In this document: one piece after another, positions 12,931-23,497 of the stretch | How the letters are laid out: each line of letters opens with the position of its first letter | How positions within the stretch are numbered: the stretch's first letter is position 1 | From: Tubulanus polymorphus | Taxonomy: Eukaryota > Animalia > Nemertea | Length of the DNA: 64,000 nt | Assembly: GCF_964204645.1 (NCBI RefSeq) | Contig: NC_134025.1 | Span: forward strand, 20,931,101 to 20,995,100 | Reading direction: 5' to 3' | Notes under the pieces: model-generated | What the model was told of the DNA's origin: nothing | Seen by the model: the letters and a program-made list of their open reading frames with translations, nothing else | Databases searched by the model: none | Position numbers and translations under genes: made by a program

Positions 12931-15226
12931 TTTCCGTATACAGTTCTATAAGTTACGCTGGCGGTTTTAGTGAGTTTGTATTGAGTGATCTTCCGACCGA
13001 CTCCATAGCTGATATTTTCATCTAAATCAGTCCAAAATACGACCTATCTAAGACTATCTCGGTTCCAATGAAAAATATTTAAGATGAGTCTTTTGATTTC
13101 AATGTAAAAGCTGCATGAAGATGAGTTCAGGAATCCGATATCTTAGTTACAGCATTCGGAGCCATCCCTTTCTTGTGGTTGGCGACATAGGCGTATTAGG
13201 TGCCGATGCCATGGGGTCTATTTCAAATTGATGGTAACGTTTAACGCAATATAGAGATCCCATGAGGAATATTACCACGAGGCCTTTTTGCGAGGTTCCG
13301 GGTTTGGGTGGGATATCGTGTAGCATGGGCATGTAGCATTTCATAAGTGAGTACTATACATTTATATATTGGTACATGTAGCAAATATTTTATGGTGATT
13401 ATGTCCAAAACACACAAAAAATATTATATATAAAACTTGTAGAAAGAAAAATAATATTCTATGACCACGATCTCCGAACGTTATACACGTCTCAAAGAGC
13501 CGCCATTGCACGGAAATATGTCTTCCATGCTACGGCCTGTCATGATCCAGTCTTTTGTAATATATGGACACCCGATCAGCAATAGCGTTTGCACTGTACT
13601 TTCGTGTATTCCAGCAAAATTACATTTGGAGATATGCCATCGTTGAGGGGGTTAATTCGGTCTCAATCGTTGAATATGACTAAGAATCTCTGGTCAAAAT
13701 TATCGATAAGTTAAAAGCAGATGTTTGCAGCTGATGAGAAGATTTGAATATTGCCAATCTATGAACACGTATTACTCGTATATTCGCTGGTGATTCACTG
13801 TGATTTGTCACTTCAATCGGTTGTTCATGTTACGTACCAAGTGTGTATTTTCTAAATTGACTGAAATGTCAGAAAGTCCGAGTAATTCACGCCGATATTG
13901 ATGGAAAATCAAAACACCCGTAGTTCACGAGTCTTCATTTATTGCATTTCATGGGCACCTAAAACAACAGTATTTGTGTAGGGTGATTAAAGATTATTGA
14001 TGACGAGGATCGAATCATCGTATAAATGCTACGTGTCTGAGTTTTAGTTCATCCACCGCCAATGATGTGGCAGCACGCTACGGTTAAGAGTAACTTGACA
14101 CGAGTCGATATTCCTACTGTGGCATGCGATTGTGTTCCCAGTAGGCCTACGAACTGATAAAAACATGTTTGTTTCGAAATTCGAGTTCTTTTTTTCTAAT
14201 AGCTTAATAATCATAAAATTACTTAATAATAAACACTGGCGTGCATTTTGCGTGCGCCTAAAACTCAGACTTGAATCGGTCGAATGAGCATCAATGTCGA
14301 CGTGCGTTTTTTCGTGAATCATGCGCGTTTTGTACTGAATTCCTTGTTCATTGTCGAATTGTGTCAAATGATCTATTTATCTGTTATCGCAAAAGCCAAG
14401 TAATCTGAGATTCGATTCTTATTTCTGAGATTATTGGCCAATTATTGTAAAAATAAAATCGTCAGACAAAAGTCAATCATTTGCTCTAACCTGAAAATGA
14501 TTTCTTAGTGAATTTAGATGAATCTCCCAGCTACATGTGACCTATACAAGACCGAACATTATTGTTTGATATCGTTCCACTTTTCAACGATGTGTTAAGT
14601 TTTTGTATTGTATGCATAATATATAGGTATTAAGCCTCCGCGTCTACTGCACCTAGAAAGACAACTGTAAGACCTCTTCCACAACGTTTGCTATGAATTC
14701 AAAACTAAAAAAAACGGACAAATGTGAATTTTTTTATCGTTCCTCTAGCCATTCGAAAAAATTTTAAGTGTGGTCGAATCAGCTACCATAAAGAACAGCT
14801 TTCAGTCAAGACGTGTTACTGTAATTGATACACCATGATAAAAGTTTATTGTAAATCAGTGAGATATTTGTCAAATTTTTCTGCATCACGGTTTCCCTTG
14901 CTTTAGTGACACAAACCACTGAAATGTGGAGGGGATTGTTCCTTCATAGCTCCTAGACACAGCTGCTGGTTCATACACGAAGGGCTGGTGCGGCATCCTC
15001 CTATATACAGCGTCAGGGTCATATCTCAAATTCATAGTATTTGTATTAATGGGTTAGAACCTATAGGATATCCCATTCCAACCTGTATGTAGCATCAAGA
15101 CCACTAGTGCAAGCACAATGAGGGGTTATCAGTTAATGATCAATATTTCTATAGACCACGTGAGTTAATGTTTTATGATTAAATAGAATAAGTATTTACA
15201 TATCATCTCAACCTCATACCGGCAAT

Positions 15227-16312
15227 TCATCTCAAACCTAATTTAGAACGGCAAGTTTTACTTAAGATGTCAACGGACGACTTTCTGAATTTGTCATTCG
15301 TCACACAGTACATAATAAAATTTACCGAAGAATCGACGATAGAAAATGCAAAAGTGATTTGTCTAAAACCAACGGGAAGCATAAACCAGATGTGACTCAT
15401 GTCTCTCAAACGGTCGACAAAACCGAAACCTTCGCAAATAATAAACAATAAAACAACTGATAAAACCATCCTTAAAACCTTTATTTCTCGTCTAGACGAT
15501 TCATCAGTTACACCGAGCTCTGAACGTCGATTAACCCGACGGTAAAACGTTACCGAAATAAGAATCGAATTGATAGAAACTAAAACGCACAGTGGAATCG
15601 ACACAGTAAGATACATGAATAAAAGCCTTTCCGAAAAGGAATAAATCCAGAATACGATGTCAATATCCTTGTAAAGGATCGGTTTCGCCCAACGGCGTCA
15701 TTTAATGTATGGCCAATGGTTTGGACAGTTCAGGAATTCAGGACGTTCATCTGGCAAAAACTGACCAAAATGTCCACAAAAACTGAGCAATGAAATAAAC
15801 AACATCGCATATTTAGAGATTAATTTTTTAGGAATTTTGCGAGATCTAATTGGAAACAATACGACGATTAACCACTCTAGACTGAGCAGTACCGTGCACC
15901 AGTTACGTGTCATCTGAAACATATAGAAAAACGGCAGAGAAATTGAAATAAAAATCCAACCGAAATGCCATTCGTTGTGGCGAAACACAATATCACCCAA
16001 AACGGCGTAAATGTACGCAGTTCTCAGCGGATAAAGAATGAATGTAGCGATCATGAACAAAAGATCGTTTAAAGCGAGAATTTTGATGAGAAAATAAACA
16101 TCAGATTGAAATTGTTTTAGAACAAACAGCGTGTCACTGAATGCGTTGAATGTTATGCCCAGTACTGACGCAGGCAGATAACATCCCAAATAAATTAAAA
16201 CACTGAATTTTAACTTTAATTTCACCGGACGAGTTTGAAATATCTGACACCAGTTGAGCTGCAATGCTTGGCCATTCCTTGTTGTACTGATGTTGGAAAT
16301 GTTAGGAAACAT
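15227..16312 (-). pseudogene. Intronless class A GPCR (FMRFamide/peptide-receptor-like) with one in-frame TGA at 15698-15700
   Basis: ORFs 15698-16312 and 15227-15616 share a frame and are joined by open codons after the TGA (*RRWAKPILYKDIDIVFWIYSFSERLLF). N-terminal NIS sequons, about 7 hydrophobic segments, TM2 LALND, TM3 LSLEW, TM7 SSVNFIMYCVTNDKFR. Confidence 0.8.
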
Positions 16313-16632
16313 TTATCAGCAGTATGATATCTGTTTCAGACTTTTCTTTAGTTCTATTGTGTGAATCTGTTTGAATTATCTCATAGTGAAGAGTCCAGAC
16401 TTCATTATTTATAGAATTGTCTCCAGTTGTAGATATTTTCGCCGATTTAGTTTTTACGATGAGCAGTTTTTACCAAACGTGAAATTTTCCTGAAAGTTGC
16501 GCGGAATTATCCAAATTTACAATTAACATGAGGACAATTTCAGTGAGACATTTCCAAGAGAATGAGATGGAGTATGTATTGACGTTTCTCCTCAGGAGCG
16601 GGTGATGCCGCGGTCCAATCCACTCTATGCGA

Positions 16633-16634
<2 letters not shown>

Positions 16635-16694
<60 letters not shown>

Positions 16695-16745
16695 AGGGAG
16701 GGAGAGAGGGAGGGAGGGAGGGAGGGAGGGAGGGAGGGAGGGAGG

Positions 16746-16790
<45 letters not shown>
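16635..16790. repeat. Compound polypurine microsatellite (GA)n-(GGGA)n-(GA)n
   Basis: Directly visible; source of the spurious RE/SL-repeat ORFs. Confidence 0.98.
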
Positions 16791-16795
<5 letters not shown>

Positions 16796-17631
16796 GATTG
16801 TGTCCGGTGTCGACCAAACCCTAATTAGCGTTGCATCACTAACAGTATCTGCATCACGAATCTTTAAAGACGATTCATGTTTCATCATTATTTTGCAACC
16901 TGATTTTTGTTCTTTATAACGGGAATATAAGCCAGTTTATACCATTAATTGCACTTTGAGGTGTATTGCAATTAGCCAATGACAGCTAACTGAGCTCAGC
17001 GTTTAAAGCGTTCCTCAACATCAGAGTATTATCAGCCATCATCATTTAGAACTGACGACTGCGGGGACTCTGGAATTTCCTCACAGTGGACCCGACAACG
17101 CAGTGAATGGTAGCGGGTACTAACATTCCCACCTGACCGGTCACCAGTCACCACACTCAGCAGACAAACTAACACATTTTTCTAGTGCTAGACACTCTGG
17201 GTTTGTACTTGAAAGGCCTGAGTTTGGGTTTCGCCTCAGAGATGGTTAGGTTTACTGGTGTCCAAAATCTGATGTTTTGAAATCTGTCTAAATTGGCTTT
17301 CTTCTGCTCATTGGTCTAATATTTGTTGGAGTGGGCTGTGTTGGTTTGGATTTTGTCTCTATTTTTTACTGCCGGAAACGCTTAAGGTTGCGTTCTCTTT
17401 TGTATATTTCTATACCGTTTTTCATTCAGAATATTTCCTTTCTTGTGAAATAAACAGTAAAATTTTTTGAGATTTGGACTTTGTGAACGGGGATGATTAG
17501 TGTTAGCACTATGTACAATAGGTTCCGTGTTAGAAAACACCTGAAACGATGGATTTAATCTACAAAATTCATCAAATAACGCCTTGTATAATTCTAAGTG
17601 ATCTTATTCTGAAGCGGATCCACCTGGTAAT

Positions 17632-17853
17632 CTAATAGTCTGGACAGTTCAGGAAAAGAAGTTCATATGGCAAAAACTGACCAAAATATCCATAAAAACG
17701 CAGCAATGAAATAAACCATATTGCGTATTTTACGATTAACTTAAATCGGCCAATCATTTTCATTCGGCATTCAAGGCGTCTTAGCACCGTATCGGCTGAG
17801 AGACTTTGTGCATATTTCAAAAATATGTAAAATTTACGTGTGTGGATTTTCAT
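17632..17853 (-). pseudogene. Decayed paralogous fragment of the adjacent GPCR (TM4/ECL2 region)
   Basis: KYAIWFISLLRFYGYFGQFLPYELLFLNCPD aligns with KYAMLFISLLSFCGHFGQFLPDERPEFLNCPN of the 15227-16312 gene. Confidence 0.75.
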
Positions 17854-18499
17854 GTGTTGAAAACAGATATAGCGCTCCTCAATGCGATCAAAAGGAGAAA
17901 TCTGGATATTTCCAAAAAAGCAGAATGAATAGTCCTATACGGCCGCGTTATCGATAATGTACTCTTGCGACTCAAGCAGTTTAGGTAACAGCTCACGTGG
18001 GGACCCTTAGAATTAAAGAAAATATGACTATACACATTATCATTATGTAATAACGGTTTATTTCACTTAGTACAGAAAATTCGTGCGTAAGAAAAAAATA
18101 ACAACAACAGGGTTCAGTTCCACAGCTGCGAGTCAAGTTGAATCAGTTGACTTTTAATATTTAACCCTATAATCAAATTGTTACTAATGGAATAGGATTT
18201 TACCTGATTATCAAAGTGCCATTAAAAATTGTTAGAAAATCTCAAAAGCAAAATTGGTGAGTTGATGAATTTAAGTCTGGTGCAAAAATTTACCTTTTTT
18301 AAATGACATTCAATGACTTATATTCATTAACTATTAAATTCAATTACTTTCATCGACATGTAGGCCTAATAGGATGGTGTTTATATTTCATGTAAACGCT
18401 CTAGTGCCCTGAGCGGTATATCAATAAATGTTGATAAACTATTATCAAAAAGAGATCTCAGATGAAAATCGATTTTGTAAAATCATGCTATTAATTTCA

Positions 18500-18830
18500 T
18501 CAACATTATCATCTACTAGCATTATCATTATCATCGCCACCGTCACCGTTATGGTCACGTCATCGTCATGGTCATCATCACCATCAGCAGCATCAAAATT
18601 TTGATTGTAATTTTCATCATTATTATCATCATAATTTACTGTTTTCTTGAGGGAGTTTCACATTGTCAATTCGTGGTTTGGCTATGTAATGTTGTACTTG
18701 TTGCTATCATTTATTAGCAATCAATTTTCATCATTGTGATCATCATTGTTATATTATTACTGTCAATTATTTTGTTGAGAGAATTTCATATCATTTATTC
18801 ATTAGTGATGTTGTACTAGTTGCTATTTTT
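18500..18830. repeat. Degenerate (ATC/ATT)n low-complexity tract; similar tract at ~650-750
   Basis: Repeated CATCAT/TATTAT triplets. Confidence 0.7.
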
Positions 18831-19073
18831 CGTCGCTAATATTGTGCAATTATGACTTCGGTGTTATATAATATATTTGTATATAAATGCAACATTTAAT
18901 TATTCATGATAATAAAACTTTTGTATCCAAGAGAGATAATTTTAAAAAGACAACTTGTTATATACATACGGAAACTAAAGAAAGAACAGAGCGTATGTCA
19001 AAGAACACCTCAATACACACATTGTCGTATAGATCAATGTCTCCCACGGACGGTTTACGATATGGTCTAGGTT

Positions 19074-21502
19074 TTAGAGTGTTGTGTATAATATTCCGTT
19101 TGACGAAGCGATTTTTTTTATTTTAACGGAGCCGGAATAGTGTCGACACCAGTTGTCTTTCACCATCGCGGACTCGCAACGTCTATCCACGTTACACTTG
19201 AAAACACAGTCGCCGCGCGGGTTCGCCATTATCGAGTAAGGTTCAGGTGCAGTAACGTCAACGTTTGTATATATCTGGTACGTAGCTGAAATTAGTAAAA
19301 CCAATGATGAATAATATATTCCTGCATCTCGACAAGAGACGAATAATTGAAAAATAGTAATAAACACTTGGTTGAAAACTGGAGAGTTCGATTATTCATT
19401 GAAAATGTGTTGCACCATACTAAAACAGTTAGAATATACCTTCATTGGAATTCAGCGACAACGGTTCTGAAAAAAAGAGATTCGCGTTTGTAACAAAACT
19501 CGTCAAATAGAATTGTATCTATTCTCTTTCATTATGCGTATTGCGTTACGTGATACTATACCATCGTTAGCCCAGACGTAAACTTCACAGAGCGCCATTG
19601 CGTGACCTGCGGGTTTAGTGACAGTCACATAACGACCAGTTATTGTACAGTCAAATTCTTTCATTTCACTCGCTTTCATAGGTTCACTTTGAAAGGCACA
19701 GACGAAGGATGGGTCAATTCGTCCTAAATTACTCGTAACGTTTTCCCTCGATACAATTATCGTAAATTTTGCAAGTCGCTCGGCTGTTGACAAAAAGAAT
19801 CTAAGGTTAAACAAAAATGATACCGGTACCTTGTTTCTAGGCAGCGGCCGGGTCATTTTTGTAAAATGCAATAGAATTTGTAATCAGTTCATTTCTATAG
19901 CTGCCGGGGTTTGTCGTTGTAAAATTGATCACAACTTTTAAAAAGTAATGTACAGGTTAAATAGGCGGCCGGCTGGGTCAACTCTTAAGCTCAGCAGAAA
20001 TGAGAAACAAGGTATCAATTTTTTTAGCCTTAAAGTAATTATTTATCATCATGAACTATTTTCTACAAAAGTGTTTAGAGGACATACATTTTTTACAAAG
20101 TCATCAAAACGAGAATAAAGTCGTTTTATCGAGAAAATAGCCTTCGAAACGAGAATGAAGTCGTTTTATCAAGATGAGAGCCATCGAAACGAGAATAAGA
20201 TTGTTTTAACAAGAATTAGATCGACAAAAAGAGAATGAATCTCTAGCTATATGATTTAGTGTTAATGATTCACCATTTATTACATAACTGATTTTTCTAC
20301 TGGATGAGTATGAGCGTGTATGTATGGTGGCTGATTCGGGCCATGTAAAAAAAATCACAAATGGTGCAAATTTTTTTTTTACAGACGCCTAAAAGTCGTT
20401 TTATCGCGCGATAAACGCGGTAATTTCTCGTTTTAACGTGGCAATTTTCGTTTTATTGCGCGATAAAACGACTTTTAGGCGTCTGTAAAAAAAAATTTGC
20501 ACCATTTGTGATTTTTTTTTACATGGCCCGAATCAGCCACCATATGTATGTGATTGTAGCAGTGTGTTGAGGTGACCCTATTTACAAGCATCTTGCTTCT
20601 CGGGCACCTTCATTGATATAATAACTTCTGCAACATATTAATATATCTATTCAATTATGTATCTATAAAACTGAGTGTTATATTATGTTATAATTGCATG
20701 GTAAATAGAGATTATTATAACAAAGTTGTCAAAACAAAAAAAATCTTCAAAACGAGAATAAGGTCGTTTTAACAAGAATTAGATCGACAAAACGAGAATA
20801 TAGTTGTCAAAACGAGAAAAATAACGTTTCGGAACAAAGAAAAAAGTCGTCGAGTCGAGAAAACAAGCGTTTTGACGACTTTTTTCTCGTTTCGACAAGC
20901 TTTTTGTTCTCGTTTTGACGAGTTTCTAATAATAGAAATAAATGTCATGTTCTGTAAACGCAGTAAACTATTATTGCGCTGTCATTTTTCTGAACATCAT
21001 CAACTGAGCTAAAATTGTGTCTGAATTTCATATAAAATTACATACCACAACAATCTCCTCTGTTCACCAATGTAACAGCCTTAACATCATAAACAGCCTG
21101 TAGATCGACCATCCACCAGGGATCTCCGGAAACTAATTCGGCGGTGAGGCTACAGCTACCATCGTAATATCTAGCGTTGGTGTTGCCATCGTTAGCTTGC
21201 CCGGGGCGAGCCTTATCACCATGGGTGGTACTTTGGTATGCCGGTTTATTCAATGCGACGTTTCGTAAAGCTTGAAATGAGCAAAAATACACAATTTCAT
21301 CAATTGATTTGATTTTCGTTGAAAAGTTTTTACGAAAGTCTTGGCGATATTGTCAAGTATTATCAGTATTTCGGCCTAAGAAAAGTTCTTGAAAATATTT
21401 AGTACACATGCAGAACGCTGCCGCAGTATACTTACTTAAACCTTGTATATATACGACTATTGTGAGTGATAAAATAAGGCATATTTCTAACTTCCCGCTC
21501 AT
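19074..21502 (-). CDS. Secreted F-type lectin (fucolectin-like) domain + C-terminal PAN/apple-like domain; exons ~21502-21436, 21270-21046, 19783-19562, 19285-19074
   Basis: Signal-like MSGKLEICLILSLTIVVYIQG; NVALNKPAYQS, ANDGN, PWWMVDL, NRGDCC|AERL, GRYVTV, ALCEVYV; last exon CVFKCNVDRRCES..C; three phase-1 GT-AG introns keep frame. Confidence 0.85.
20072..20960. mobile_element. Foldback-like element with AAACGAGAAT subrepeats in lectin intron 2, interrupted by nested insertions
   Basis: Ends GTTTAGAGGACATACATTT / AAATGTCATGTTCTGTAAAC are roughly inverted; many AAACGAGAAT and TTCTCGTTT units. Confidence 0.5.
20323..20544. mobile_element. Near-perfect palindromic MITE (~90 bp arms, TA at both ends); the same end recurs at ~31246
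   Basis: TATGGTGGCTGATTCGGGCCATGTAAAA... / ...TTTTACATGGCCCGAATCAGCCACCATA. Confidence 0.85.
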
Positions 21503-21926
21503 CGTGTCGCATCCGTAGACACATCAGCTTCTAGTGCTGTAATGCCACGTTTGGGCGGAAATATCAGACAATTCGATCGTAAACAAAATTATTATTGCTA
21601 CCGAAGGTTATGTTTTATTTTCAAGCAATCGCGACACACCATATTAAAATTGCATGCGCCGATAGTTGTTAACGTCAATGTCGAGCCTTTTTTACAATAT
21701 CCGATTTTTGTTAACAGTCGGTATGCACCATGTTTATGCCAAAGTTTCTGTCCGCTGAAACGAATAGACGTAAACTGTGTTTTCGTCCAATTCCACGATC
21801 AGCAGAAAGGTGTACTTTCGTGCTGGTCGACCAGTTGATACCGTGCGTATGTTGTAGAGAGACTATTAAAGGGGTGTGCTCTACTATCGGAAGCGATCCT
21901 TTGTCGAACGTCTCTTAAAATCCGAA

Positions 21927-22626
21927 TCCAGGAAGAAAGCCACTAAATATTTGGATGGATAGATGAAAGCTGTGGGTACTGGAGTGTGTAATGGGTAGTG
22001 TAGTGTGATCTGTGTGCATTTGTGGCCAGCACACAGATCACATCGTTCATTGGGGTTTAGTCCAGGACTCGCGAGATTTTCAACAACACGGAAGTAACGT
22101 GTAATAAATGATGACTTGAATTGCATGACTACCTACCATCCCTCATTATTGTTGGAAAACTAAACGTTCCGCACTGACTAAAAATTAGTAATAATAATTA
22201 ATAACATTTTAGAAATGGCCAGAATTTTAACTTAGGTTCTATCTCATTTTTATTTTACAATTGCGATTGGTATAAATTTTTTTTAAACGGCCGTTAAGGC
22301 TTCATGTTTCGTCTGCAATTCACTGCAAATAGTTACGCAACTACGCACATTTCAGTGTTTTTGGCAGCTGTACACTCAATCGGCACCGTTCGTGACTAGC
22401 TTCACTGCGGAATTATCATTAATTAACATCGCCATATCACATCATCAACTTATATTGTGCCTTAAAACCCTAACAGCCGAAATAATTGAAATGCACACAC
22501 GATTTCTATCATTGAAAATTGAGAGAGTGGCCGTGTTTGTGTTCTGCTGCTTCGCGTAAATCCCGCGGGGTGGCGCCACCGCGTGGAGTGGGGCCGGTAC
22601 GTCCAGACGAGGAGAATACTAACTAG
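21927..22626 (+). mobile_element. Non-autonomous Helitron-like element, copy 2
   Basis: Inverted near-identical copy of 10282-10958; starts A^TCCAGG, palindrome CCGCGGGGTGGCGCCACCGCGTGG, CTAG^T at 22623-22627. Confidence 0.6.
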
Positions 22627-22849
22627 TTAGTATATTTTCGATGATCTGACGTGAATATTATTTATTGACGTATGTCAAAGCTCGCGACTCGCAGGTCGGC
22701 CTTTTCGTTATAGTATCCGGAGCTCACGACTCGCAGGTCGGCCCTGTTCTGATCTGATCTATCCTGAACTCAACTGAACTGAACTGGACTGGACTTTCTG
22801 CACTATCTCAAAAATGTTAATTAGATATTTTTTAAGTGATGACTAGAGT

Positions 22850-23108
22850 TGACATAAGCGTAAAACTGACATGTGAGAGAATGCCAAACTTACACTAGTA
22901 AGTTGAAACAGAGGAACATTTCTTGCGCACTTGTCTCAAATACGTTGATCTACGTAATGACCTTTTTTCTAAGATTAATGCTATCTTGGGCCTAGACATA
23001 TATCTTTTGTCAAATATCGATAAGGTTAGAATTCTATTAAGTAATAGTCGTATTGTAACTAGTGTTTGCAGATTCATATCAGCCGCAATGAAACTTCGCA
23101 ATTCCTAA
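22850..23108 (+). mobile_element. 5'-truncated LINE remnant encoding the C-terminal ORF2 zinc-finger region (RTEX/I-group-like)
   Basis: Translation VETEEHFLRTCLKYVDLRNDLF...VCRFISAAMKLR* resembles the E-x-x-x-H-F-L-x-x-C-x-x-Y-x-x-L-R end of non-LTR ORF2 proteins. Confidence 0.55.
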
Positions 23109-23497
23109 TTCATTTTAATCCAATTATATCCAATCTGAATTAGTTTTACCAGTTTGTCACATGTTTGTTGATTTGATTTGATTTGAACACTTTATTTTTC
23201 AAATATATTTTACAGCATAGTGTACAAAGCATAATACAAAATACAGTAAATTAGACCTGGAGGGGCCTGTAGAGACTAAGGAATAGTTTGTATAAAACAG
23301 GTCCCTCAAAAGAGAAAAGAAAAAAAGAGAAATGCAATAAAGAAAATAATATGCTCACAGTCAACCCTTAACACACAAAATGCAATCAAAGTAAACTATG
23401 ATAACAGCTTGATTAAGATATAATCATTTAATAAGCCAGTTATTTTCTGAAATATTCCAAAAACAATAATTTCAGTTCGAATAACTGTATGATAAAA

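Noticed and set aside
16470-16888. RE/SL/GG-repeat ORFs
   Set aside because: Translations of the GA/GGGA microsatellite
20100-20930. Regularly spaced AAACGAGAAT repeats as a CRISPR-like array
   Set aside because: Units are short and degenerate, spacers are not unique, orientation inverts, the context is a eukaryotic intron and no cas genes are present
10282-22603. Polinton/Maverick or Mutator element with 680 bp TIRs
   Set aside because: No integrase, polymerase, capsid or transposase inside and no TSD; the termini fit two separate Helitron-like copies better
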